Assembly: GCA_964016885.1 (NCBI GenBank) | Contig: OZ024750.1 | Location: forward strand, 54,188,001-54,252,000 | Direction of reading: 5' to 3' | Length of the DNA stretch: 64,000 bases | Source of the DNA: Eledone cirrhosa | Taxonomy: Eukaryota | In this document: one piece after another, positions 24,866 through 36,935 of the stretch | Layout: each line of letters opens with the position of its first letter | Position numbering within the stretch: the stretch's first letter is position 1 | Notes under the pieces: generated by a model | What the model was told of the DNA's origin: nothing | What the model saw: the letters and a program-made list of their open reading frames with translations, nothing else | The model's database searches: none | Made by a program: the position numbers and the translations under genes

Positions 24866-27849
24866 CATTTTATACCTGCATTTTTAACCGTTGGTCAATC
24901 AATGACAAAACTTTGATGCCAGATAAATTACAGATAAATTAACTATGGAGATATAAAAGATACAGAAGCAAAAACCAACCCAAACCAATCAGGGAGTGTA
25001 TTTTATTATTATTTGTAGCAATATTATAACAATATGACCCTACCCAAATATAACAATATATATATGTCTACTTTTGGCACAAGGCCAGCAATTACCCCAG
25101 TGCATTACTGGTGCTTTATTTTATCGACCCCGTAAGGATGAAAAACAAAGTTAACCTTGGCCGGATTTGAACTCAGAATGTAAAGTCCATAACTCTATGC
25201 TGCAAAGCATGGTGTCTGATGCTCTACCGATTCTGCAAATCCACTGTCTATATAGTGTGAGTGTATTGGATTGTTTGCTAAATGATTGCTAGTATTTCCT
25301 TTCCCATCTGGTCATTACCTGATAAGGCTGGGAGTGGTTGTTACTATAATTGTGTGATATTTGTTAGTTAATTGCTACTATAGTATTTGGTGTAGTTTTT
25401 AGAATAGGTACACTATCTCTGTGTTTTAAGAGGTGACTACAACAATTAATGTTAGGGCATCTGGCTGCAAAAACGTTGCCTTAAAATGTAATGTCCTGCA
25501 CCACCCAAGATAGTATCATCATCATCATCACATCCACTTTCCCTGCTAGCAAGGGTTGGATGGGTCTACATAGACTATGTCAATACTGAAGTGGGGCTAC
25601 TGATTTTCCAGACAGGCCATGGATTTGCATCTCGCTTATATACAATCTCACATTCTACCAAGTGCACAGGAGAGGTTGTCATGTCTTTCACATAACTGAT
25701 GAGTCCTCCCAACCCTTTCTATGACTGGATGCTGTCCCTATCACCAACCACTTTACAGTGTGTTTATCGTGTAGATCACCAACACTATGGAGGCTGCCAT
25801 GTCCTTGATACAGTGGAAGGGTCATATAGATGTTAAAAAAAGAATGCCCTGAAGATAATGTTGATAATGAGAGTATTTGTTTAATTATTACTGGGGTTGG
25901 TGTGTTTTTAGAATAGGTACACTGTCCCTATGTGTTGTGAGAAGCAACTAAAGAAATTGGTCTCAATGCATCTGTTGGTAAAACACTGCCTGAGACAGTC
26001 TCACGCTACCTATACAAGTATTTTATTCTATTTAATTCAATTATGTTTCTCTTCTGAAAAGGTTGGAGATTTCTCTCATTTCCAATGTTGTCTGTCTCTG
26101 CAGTTCTCTGCACTTGAGAGACTTATTTCCATTGCTTTATTGAGAGATGTTCTTATACACGAGTAGGGGACTCAGTTGCTTGTTCATGTGTAGATTCTCT
26201 GAAAACTGCAGTTGTTGTTGTTGTTGTGAATCAGTTGAAAGTAGAATCTCTGTCTGGGACTGACTTATTTCAAAGACAGCCTGCACTTGCTTTGTCTGGA
26301 ACCTATTAGAGCATTGCAGTATTTTTTTAAGTGAAGCAGCTCCCACTAATTCACTGCACTGATGCTATCAGCCCCCTTTAACACATTGCAACCACAATAC
26401 ATAGGACTATGAGACTGCAGTCCTAGTGATCACCAGTGCATAACCTGGAGATTAAATAAGAGTAATGATGCATTTATTTTATGTGCAGATGACTAATGAC
26501 AAGTGTCTAGATGATTGGCTGAAAGGATGGATTCTGAATACTTGAAACACATGACCGGGGGGGAGAATGCAGTCCTAGAATCACAGAGCACAGTTAGGCA
26601 ATCAAAAATTAGTAATGATGCACTATTTCATGTGCCTATGGCTACAATATTCAATGTGCAGATGGCTGGCAGGATGGATGCTGAGGACAAAAGGAAACTA
26701 TGTTTTTTTTCTGTGGAAACAATTTGTTCTTTGTTGTGTGGATTATAGGTTGCAGCTGTGGTCATCATATGATGTTGGTGATAATAGTGGTAGTGATAAT
26801 GGTGATGTTGATGATGGGGGTGGTAATGGTGGTGGTGATGAGTGTTGATGATGGTGGTGTTGACAGTGATAGTGATGTTGGATCTACCATCAGTGTTCAC
26901 AATGAGTATTCAGTTGTTTGATAAAGTGAACATCTGGCTCATTGAATTAATTCTTAATATCCTGCAGTAATTTAGTAGAAACCATCTAAAAACAAGTGTG
27001 TTAATTCAGATGTTTATAGTGTCTTTGCTAACAAATAGTTCATTGTGAAAATGTGTAGTACTGGATTAAAGACTTCAATATTTAATGTGATGCTGTCATA
27101 GTACTGTTTTATACTTTTCAAGAATGTCTTAGTAATATGGTTTCATGTGGTTTGTTAATTCAGATCATTGTGAAAACTGCAGTAAACTAAAAAGACTTGA
27201 ATATTTTACTGTAATGCAGTCATAATGTTGTTTTGTTCTTTCTACGAATGTTTCTGCTAATGTGGTTTCATGTGGTACAGAACATCAAGAGTTAACAAAT
27301 ATGAGGCAATACATGTGAATCCCAAACTACATCAGTGTAACACAATATGTGATAAAACTGGTAATTTGGACTACAGCTGCAATCCATCTAAAAGGCTTCC
27401 ATACAATTTCCATCTACCAAATTTCACTCAAATGGCTTGTGTTAACCCTAGGCTATGGTAAAGACACTTGTCAAAGATACCACACTGGGATAGAACCTAG
27501 GACCTCAGAATTATGAAGCAAACTTCTTAACCACTGAGCCATACCTATGTCTATTGGTCACTACATACTTTTAATCTGACTGCATATTCGCTGTACCAGT
27601 GAAGTTACTGTGAAACTAGTAACAATGTGAGTGGAAAACTGCCAAATAAATGTTAGTAGAGCTCTGCTACTACACACCTTTGTCTCAATCCTATGGAGGT
27701 GCTACCTCTCCATTTTCACTTGATTTGCTAGAAATAGCAGCTAAATTTCCCTTGAACCATGCTTATCGTCTTATAAAAGGACACATTGAATGATATTTTT
27801 TGTGGCAGTATATTAATCCAGAAGAAAAGTGGATAGAATTTCCTTTAGA

Positions 27850-28025
27850 TCAGCGCTTCCCAAACTTTTTCTATTCAGGACCAAATAAGTTCTTTTGTGA
27901 CCCTTCATTTGTGCTGTAAAGATAATTGGTACTAAATCTGTGTAGCAATTGTCCTAGGTCAAAAGCTCTATGACAAATCTTTGTGATTCCTTGTATGGTC
28001 ATAAACCACAGTTTGGGAAGCCCAT
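27850..28025. mobile_element. Putative hAT-type MITE
   Basis: cagcgcttcccaaac ... gtttgggaagcc imperfect TIRs. Confidence 0.5.
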
Positions 28026-28891
28026 AGGTGATCTATGTCTGTCAAGGTTGAGCCACAGTTAAACAACTGTATTCTCTGGGGTAGAACAAAAGGTGCTATA
28101 GTCAGTTCTGAATGACCTTTAGATTATATGTCTACTGTATTAGAGCTGAGCCACAGCTAAACAACAAGCAGTAAAGTTATTTTTGTGAAGGTGTATGGTC
28201 TAGTGGTTAGGGTATTGGACTTGATTTCCTGGATTGGATGGTGTGTTGTGTTTCATAATAGAACTGGGGCACCTATCATGAAAGCACCTAAGAACCCTTC
28301 CATGAAACCTTGCAGAAAGCCAGCTAAATATGTAGAAGTGTGAGACGTAAATTTCATTAATTTCTTTTTCAATAATGATGCTTTGCTAAATCCTCCTAAA
28401 TTAAATTAGTTGAAACATATATAAAAGTATAATTTAGATATAAAAAAAAAAAATCAACAGCATTAAAATAATCTTCTTAATAATTCAGTAACAACTCATA
28501 TTTAAACAGATAGGCGGTTTAATAGAAATGTGTGTGTGTATATATATTATGGTCAGTTGAGGATTAAGGCCATTTACTTTGAACCACTTCAAGTTGTTTA
28601 TGTAAGCAGGTCTCTCGTTCTGAGACACTTGCTAAGCCTTGATAGTTTAGTCATCAAGTAACCATGTTCATTAACATTTTTTTTATTTTGGCAAACATGA
28701 TGAAAAATACGTGTAATATTGATTTTTGTTGATTTTTATTTCTATTGAAATAAAAAAAAAGATAAAACAAATATGATATTAGCACTATATCAGTATATGA
28801 CTATTTAGTATGTTTATCATTCAAACTCATAAAACGAGCTTTTATGTATATATGTGGAAATTACTGCTCACAGTTGGGATTATACCATCTC

Positions 28892-28938
<47 letters not shown>

Positions 28939-29124
28939 GTTTCTACTTTAGGCACAAGGCCAGCAATTACCCAGTGCATTACTGGTACTTTATTTTATCG
29001 ACCCCGTAAGGATGAAAGGCAAAGTTAACCTCAGCGGGATTTGAACTCAGAATGGCAAGGGCCGTAACTCTATGCGTCAAAGCATGGCGTCCGACACTCT
29101 ACCGATTCTGCCAATCCACCGCCC

Positions 29125-30217
29125 TTCATCCTCATCATCATCGTTTAACGTCCATTTTCCACGCTAGCATGGGTCTGGACGGGAATTGTCCCACTTGAGG
29201 CAAGATTGGTTGTCTTGCTCAGGACTGTCTGGCGGGTTTTCTACGGCTGGATGCCCTTCCTAAAACCAACTGCGTTTACAGTGTGGACTGGGAGGTTTTT
29301 ACCGTGTTACCTACACGGCCACATTTGTTTCGGACTGGATGTTACCAACATAACTTCACATTTAAGGGGGTGGTGTTGATGGGGGTGGTGTGGATAGGGT
29401 GGGGGTAGTGGGACGGGGGTGTATTTTGTTAGAGGTGCCTATTGACTGTAGTAGGTTTCACTTTGTACTTAGGCAAGGCGGGTCTTCTGTATGACTGTGT
29501 AGCGCCAAAGCTCTCGGTCCAGTGACATTGTCTTGGAGAGGTGTGTGTGAGGTCGGAATTTATCAAGTCGTCCCAGGTTTTTATGGGTCTACCTACTCCG
29601 TAGCTTCCATCAATTTTGATCGCCTTGCTCTTTTTTTTATACAGCTGCCGTCTTTCATGCGCATCACGTGACCGTACCAACGTAGGCTTCTCTCGAGTAA
29701 ACAACATCTGATCCCTCTTATTCCTAATTTCTCCCTTAGTTCGTTTATGCTTTGCCGTTCATGTATATTACTATTACACATCCAGCGGAGCATGCAAGCT
29801 TCGTTCCTCTCCAGTCTGCATATATCCTCTGCACACAATGCCCAGGTCTCACTGCTATATAACATTGCTGTTCGTATGCAGGCATCATACAGCCTGCCTT
29901 TCATTTTTAGAGAGAACTCTTTAGCGGCCAATAGTGGTACAAGCTCTCTGAACTTTTTCCATCCAGTTCTGACTCTAGCTACTGTACTTTCAGTCACCCA
30001 GGTAACAGAAGCTGTCCACTATTTCTATAGAACCATCTGTGCAATGGAATGAGCTAGTATTCTGTGGGCACTTGCTGCTACTTATTGCACCAGAGCACCG
30101 GCTACATATAAAATCTATATTCTTAGTTAGCTTACCTGTGTTCCCACTACATCTTTTATGCACCCATACTTTGCATTTGGGACATAAAATGGAGTTTCTG
30201 CCTACTCCTTTACTACT

Positions 30218-30220
<3 letters not shown>
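29125..30220 (-). mobile_element. Decayed RTE LINE 3' fragment with its own SINE-like 3' module
   Basis: RVRTGWKKFREL...LRWYGHVMRM peptides; ctggatgcccttcc module and (GAT)n tail. Confidence 0.88.
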
Positions 30221-30257
<37 letters not shown>

Positions 30258-30258
<1 letters not shown>

Positions 30259-30702
30259 ATGAGACCCAAGAAGACCTGGGATGAGGTGATGAAGGCCTAC
30301 CTTACCCAATTGCACCTCTCAAGAGCAATGACACACGACCGTGACCTCTGGCGTCATGCAGTAATACAGAAGACCCGAGCCCCCACAAGAACAAGCCGAA
30401 GCTGAAGCATATAGACAATATGCCCCCACACCCTCCCACTGCAAAGTGGTTGTGGAGGTGCCACGGCAAAAAAGCAGCCAGCCCACACTGTAAAGTGGAC
30501 GTGTAGGCGCCACGGAAAAAAGCACCCAGCACTCACTGTAAATGAGGTTGGTTTTAGGAAGGGCATCCAGCTGTAGAAATCAAGCCAGAAACAGTTCCTG
30601 TATGAGCAAGACAAGGTCAGCCAACTGGACACTGCTCACAACAGGACAACCTGTCTAACCCATGCTAGCATGGAAGAATGGACGTAAAACGATGATGATG
30701 AT
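30258..30702 (+). mobile_element. Short 5'-truncated copy of the RTE + SINE-module family
   Basis: Highly similar to the reverse complement of 15165-15600. Confidence 0.85.
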
Positions 30703-30737
<35 letters not shown>

Positions 30738-30739
<2 letters not shown>

Positions 30740-32409
30740 GTGGAAAAGTAAGAAATAGGAGAACAGACCGTTAATACATGTTCATTTAAAACAGCAACTA
30801 CATACGTTTTGCCCGGATGGGCTTCTCAAGGGCATAAATAACTAAAAAGTGTTCCTTACATGCCCCGGAAAGTGTTTTTGGAAGTAAGTTCACGTCAGTT
30901 TATTCTACGCAAAAAAGTGTGTTTTGATTTTGCAGTAGGTCAAGGGAGGTAACTCTGGCCGGTGTTAGGGCAGTCTTTCCCGGATAAATTTTTTATCCGT
31001 TACAAGATGCAGTTACAACCTTACCATTGTTGATATGCACAGGGTCAGGTAAGCAACGTTTGTTTTGAGACGTTTGTTAGCCGCACCTGGGTCATTTGAA
31101 GCTGGGTCTGGGATGCATGGTTAGTTTCCGGATGTTTTTTGCAGCTCCTGCCGGCCAGGGTGTTAAAGCTTGTTGCAGGGAGACTGTATACGGTTTAACT
31201 CCTCATCCTTATCCCATCTGAAGAAGGATATTTTTAAGCGATGTGTACAGCTTATCGTCGTTTCAGCTGTGCTGTTGATGAGCTCGTGGAGTGCTGTTAT
31301 GATGTGGTAGAGCTCCAAGAGGCAAAGATCGCACTTCCTCTTGAAGTTGTATGGTGCAGCCCTGCCGACTATCCCAGTGCGTGGAGAAGCTGATGTTTAA
31401 GTCTTTTAATGGAGTGCTGTTATGATGTGATGTAGTCTGCGAGCGAAGTGGAGTGTCTTAATTTCTTATTTTTGAAAGAGTGGAGATGTGTTCGAAATCT
31501 AATTTTGAATGGGCCAGAGGTAGCCCCTATATAATGTTTAACGCTAGTGTGGATAGTTAGTGCACCTATATATAACCCTATCAGTCAAGCAGTATCCCCT
31601 AAGGGGGCAGCGTCCCCTGTCGCGGCAGTTGCAATTTTGGTCACGGTCCCTTCTAATTCCCACGGTAAGGCTATCATTATTGCTATCTACGTTGTTACCT
31701 ACTCTCCTGCACCTGTCGTTAGCACCATTATAACCCACTGAGCTCGGTGTGGTACCATTATTATTCCGCACGTCATGTCCTGCATGTTCCCCAGTCATGT
31801 CGCGGTTATGCTGGTTGCGTCTGTAGAGGCTGTTGCCAGCACTATTGGATGCTGCTAGGGAGTCGTTAAGGCCGATATAGTTATTGTTAGGTGTAGGTGC
31901 GTCTGTACTAAGGTGTTGTGTCTTGATGATCTTACTGTGATTAGTTGTTCCTATGATGTCTGCTAGGTTAGGAGTAGTAGAGAAGGATATTTTTATATTG
32001 TTCCTATTAAGGATTTTTCTATACCTATGGTTGGGTATAGCGGCTGCAAAAAACATCCGGAAACTAACCATGCATCCCAGACCCAGCTTCAAATGACCCA
32101 GGCGGGCAGGTGCAGAAAACAAACATTTCAAAACAAACGTTGCTTACCTAACCCTGTGCGTATTGACAATGGTAAGGTTGTAACCACATCTTGTAATGGA
32201 TAAAACATTTCTCTGGGAAAACCTGTATTAACTGTCTGTTCTCCCATTTCTTACTTTTCCACGTGCTTACGCTCTGCTAACTCTCTTGCCCACTAGATAT
32301 TAACACCTCTAATATCTAACACTGCCGGCAGTAGTATTGAGCACCTTCTGCATACGCTATTTGGCAAATAACTACATGTATCACCAATCCCTCCTTTTTT
32401 CGATACGTA

Positions 32410-32410
<1 letters not shown>
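30738..32410 (-). mobile_element. Penelope-like element fragment with inverted terminal-repeat copy
   Basis: KILNRNNIKISFSTTPN and NCNCR...CPL.G.CL...VIY..C (GIY-YIG linker); ~30740-31146 is partly inverted at ~32040-32262. Confidence 0.85.
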
Positions 32411-32439
<29 letters not shown>

Positions 32440-32443
<4 letters not shown>

Positions 32444-34990
32444 TTCACAAAAACATTACAATAGTCGCATCACTTTTTTAAGTCGCTGTCTCCACAACCA
32501 CCTCATTCCCCGAGGTTACCACTTCAAGTTCCACCTCACCTCTTACTCTGTCCCCACCACTGAGTCCATCCTTACCCGCTTCTCCTGTCAACTCGTGTGG
32601 GTGACTATCCGTTCCACTCTCTCTTAAATCTGTTCTCTCTCCAAGGCCTACCTTCATCTCTCATCCACTTGCCACCCCCTCATCCAATTCATCTTACACC
32701 TCAATCGCCTCTTCAATTTTCTCACCTCTAGCAAAATTCACAAACATGACTCACTCCGCTCCCCATCTGCTGTCACCACACATACTTTCTTCACCTCCAG
32801 CTATCCTTACTATCCTGTCACCTATGACCCCCCTCTCTCATTGCCCCACCCCTCTCTTCTCCCCACCATTGACTCTGCACATTCCTTGCCTTACCACCAC
32901 AGACCTTCTGCCACTTTTACTCCCTCACGTTTTTCCTCTGTTGTTATCTTACCCTAGGACCTACCACTCTCCAAAGCTGAGTGCTCCCTCCTCGCTAGGG
33001 TTTTTCACTTCATACCTACCACATTCACCTGCAACGAGTTCTGCACACATGCCAAGATTGAAGGGTTCTTCCGTCGACTAAAGCTCAAAGCTTTTTTCCA
33101 CAACACCCCATCTTTGACACAGACGACTTCACAAGTTTCATTTGCTGGCAATCACATTAGATGCCAAGCTCTGGCCAGTTCAGCACCCTCAACTCTTTTG
33201 TGAATACTTATCAATGCACTGTGAACCGGTTCAGTTTCCACCAAGCGTTCTCATCGCACTAATCTCACTAGGGCTGAATTCTTCGCAGCCTACAGTGTTG
33301 TGATGACATTGTCATCAAATCCACTGACAAAGATGATGCTGTTGTGGTATGGCATGCAGACCTCTACAGGACTGAGGCCAACTTCATGAAACCCATTTTT
33401 ACCACCCTCTATCCTATGACCCCACTTCTGGCTACCATCAGCTTGTGTCCTCCATCATTTGCCAACTCATCTCTTTTCTCCTGCCCCCCCCCCACAGCCA
33501 TCCACCTTATAGTACGCACCCCCTTGCACACCCACCATCTACTTCCTCCCCAAAATATATAAACTGGCTATCCTATTGTTTCCACCTTTAACTGCCCCAC
33601 CAAAATCATTTCACAATACTTTGATAACCCCCTCATCCCCTTAGTCGCTGACCTCCCCTCCCACACCAATCATGCCCTTAGACTTCTCTCCTGGCCCCTC
33701 TGGCTTTCCCTTCACCCTGGACATCACCTCTCTCTATACCGTCATCCCTCATGATCACAGCCTGCGTGCTCGCCGACACTTTTTGGACTTACTCCCTACC
33801 CCTTACCCTACCACTCTTCTCCATCTTGTTGAGCTTCTTCTGACCCTCAATGTGTTTTCCTTTCCCAGGAAAGGCTATGTCGAGGCCCAGATCTTCTCCC
33901 AGTACACTGGACCTACCCCTGAGCTATACATTTGTTATATCGATGACTGTATCAGCACCACCTCTCTCTCAGGAACAGCTCAACTGCTTTCTCTCCTTTG
34001 TCCAGTCTTTTCATCCCACTCTCACATTCACCACTCCGTCTCCAGTTCTTCTGTCCAATTTATCAACTTCTCTCTCTCTCTATCAATCACACCCACCACA
34101 CTTTCTCTACTTCCATCTCCTACAAACCCACTGACTCCTACCTCAACTTCACCTCCTCTTACCCCACCTACACCAAACTCTCTATACCTTACTCCCAATT
34201 CCTCCATCCTACTTGGCACTGCAGTCGAGACAATGATTTCACGATCCAGTCTCAATGCTTCTCACTTCATCCAGCATGGATATCCTCCCACTGTCATTCA
34301 AGCAGCTGCTCTTAACCCCGCTTGTAATACTGGCTGCACCACAGCCCTATCACCCAGTACCCACTCCCCAACACTCACCTTCCTTTCCCCGTCACCTACC
34401 ACCTGTCTATCTTACCATTACGTCGCCACATCGTTCGTTTCTGAACCCTCGTTTCTGACCCTGTCACTTCTCACTTCTTCCCAACCCACCCATCAATGCC
34501 TTTAAGCGTGCCCCAAATCTCCGTGACCTTGTGTACAGTTCTTTTCCCCCCTCCCCTAGGACCCCCCTCCTGGCCTTGTTCTCGCCTGCGCTGTAAAACC
34601 TGCCCCTAAATAACAAGTCTCACCACACTCACAGATATGGACCATTCCTTTTGCATTCTCAACTCCTTCACTTGTACCTACACCAATGTCATCTATGCTC
34701 TGCGGTGTTCCCTTTGTGGGTCTATCTACATGGGACTGACAGGCCACCATATGGCAGACCAATTCGCCAAACACCTTAGGGACATACGACTAGGTAAAGA
34801 CACTCCTGTCACTCGTCACTTCCATTCCCCCAACCTCTCTACTCAGGCCTCCTTTTACACTAGGGATCCACTGCCACTTGCACCAGGATTGAGCAGAACT
34901 TAATTTTCCACCTTGGAATCTCTTTTCCGGATGGAATCACCCCCTCCCCCCCACACACACACTTCCTCTAACTTCCCTTTACCCTTACTC
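32440..34990 (+). mobile_element. Decayed near-full-length Penelope-like element (RT + GIY-YIG), C-rich strand
   Basis: FTLDITSLYTVIPH, YIDDCI, CTYTNVIYALRCSLCGSIYMGLTG motifs in broken frames. Confidence 0.85.
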
Positions 34991-35460
34991 TCTCACACAA
35001 TTTTGGGAGTCCTGAAAAGAGTCATGGGCAAGTAGGCAGCAACCAAGTAAACCACAGCAGGATTTGAACTTGGAACAAAGATTTATGAAATAATTGTTTG
35101 AAAGAGGTTAAAAATATTTTCTGTGTCTTTGTCTTTAACAGAAATTAAGATATCTTATAGTTTACTGTACTTGTGAAGGTGTGGCTTAATGGCTAGGGTA
35201 TTGGAATCAGGATCATAAGGTCATAGGTTTGATTCCTGGATGGGGTAGCATGTTGTGTTCTTGAGCAAGACAATTCATTTCATATTGCTTTTCATGATAG
35301 GACCCTATTATTAAAACACACAAGAAGCCTCCTTTGAGATGCAACCTCATAGGAGGTCAACTAAACCTACATTTGTGACAACTGTAAATTTCAATTTTTT
35401 TTTTTCACTATACTTGTCTTTAAAAATAAAACATTTAAATTCTTTCCTGATTCTCTATAG

Positions 35461-35558
35461 GTGTATAACAGAGCAAAGTTCAAAGCCTGAATCTAATGGT
35501 ATAGCAGTGGAGAATGGTAATGTGACCATTTCCAGTCCAGATGAATTCAACTATGAAG
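35461..35558 (+). CDS. ACSBG2: ACSBG-like coding exon 2 (CITEQSSKPESNGIAVENGNVTISSPDEFNYE)
   Basis: ttctctatag acceptor, gtattg donor; phase 2 in and phase 1 out fit both neighbouring exons. Confidence 0.65.
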
Positions 35559-36464
35559 GTATTGTTATATATTCACCATTACTTAATGTCTATCTTTCCC
35601 ACTAGCAAGTGTTGGACAGGTCTTCAAGCAGAGTTACTGACTTCTCAGATGGGCTAACAGCCTACATCTAATTTACTTACATTTCCATTTTATTGTGGCA
35701 TCAGCATTAGGGAGGTTGTCATGTTTTTAACATAACTGAAGCATCCTCTCAATTCTTTGTTTGGTAAGCTTTCTATGCATGGATGCCCTTCTATCACCAA
35801 CCACTTTACAGAGTGCACTGGGTGTGTATGTATGTGGGATACACACACATCAGTATATGATATGACTGAAGTCCCTATCATTAAAACACCCAAGAATCCT
35901 ATTGCATGCAACCTAGGAGGCTAGCTAAACCTGTATTGGTGTGAGTTGTAAATTTCATTTCATTTTCAATATATTACATACACATACATGTATTCAATTA
36001 AGATATTCTATTGTATACACATTAAATTATGAAGGTACTGTTAGATTTTATGCATACACACAAACATACCAATATTATAGACATCTATGAAAGTAAAATT
36101 ATGTTGTGTATATACAAATACCAGCATAGAAATAAGCTGTTTTGCACACACACAAATTCTCAATTTTTCTGCGTGCTGTCTCCATCTCTTCCTTACTGAC
36201 ATTAGTATCATGTAGAATTTCTCTTAATTTGTTGCCAGCTGTGTGTTCTTTCAGACTTTTCCATGCTGGCTGTTGTCTGTTTTAGCCCTTATTCTAAGGT
36301 CACTGACAACTAATCTATGTAGGAGATACATTCTCCCCCAAGACTTGCCATTAATGGCCATTCACTTATTTTGCTTCCTGGTGTGAAAAAGTTAATTTGA
36401 TTTGCGTGCTCCACTGATTGGTTGGTAATCATGTGGCTGGCTGGTTTTCTGATGCTTGTGTTAC

Positions 36465-36935
36465 AGATGGTTAGGTCGAAAATGTTCAGGGAACTACTAC
36501 AACTGCTAACTACAAAGGGTTTTTCTCTCAAAATGAAAGGCAGATTGTATGATGCTTATGTATGAATAGCTATGCTGCATGGAAGTATGACCTGGGACCT
36601 AAGAAGATTGGAAAGAAATGAAGCTTACATGTTCTGATGGATATGACCTGGTAGTGTGTATAAATCATGAAGTGACAATGAGCAGAGAGAGAAACTGGGC
36701 ATAAGTAGGGTCTGATATAATGTGCAGAAGAGGAGATTGCAGTGGTATGGACATGTGATGCGCTTGGAGGAAGGTAGCCATATAAAAAGGTGCAGTGTGC
36801 TCAAAGTTGATGGAATATAGAAGAGGAAGACCTAGGAAAGTTTTGGATAAAGTGATAAAAGCTGACCTTGCACAATTAAACCTCTCAAAGGAGATGACAC
36901 GGGATCGAGATCGTTAGTGTTATTCTGTCCTTCCC
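36465..36935 (+). mobile_element. Decayed RTE LINE 3' fragment
   Basis: Nucleotide similarity to the RTE C-terminal region (aaaatgaaaggcagattgtatgatgc..., tggtatggacatgtgatgcg). Confidence 0.8.

Noticed and set aside
26445-27290. Short degenerate local duplications and GGT/GAT-rich ORFs
   Set aside because: Old low-complexity or dispersed repeat fragments (similar piece at ~7095-7260); no coding or structural signal
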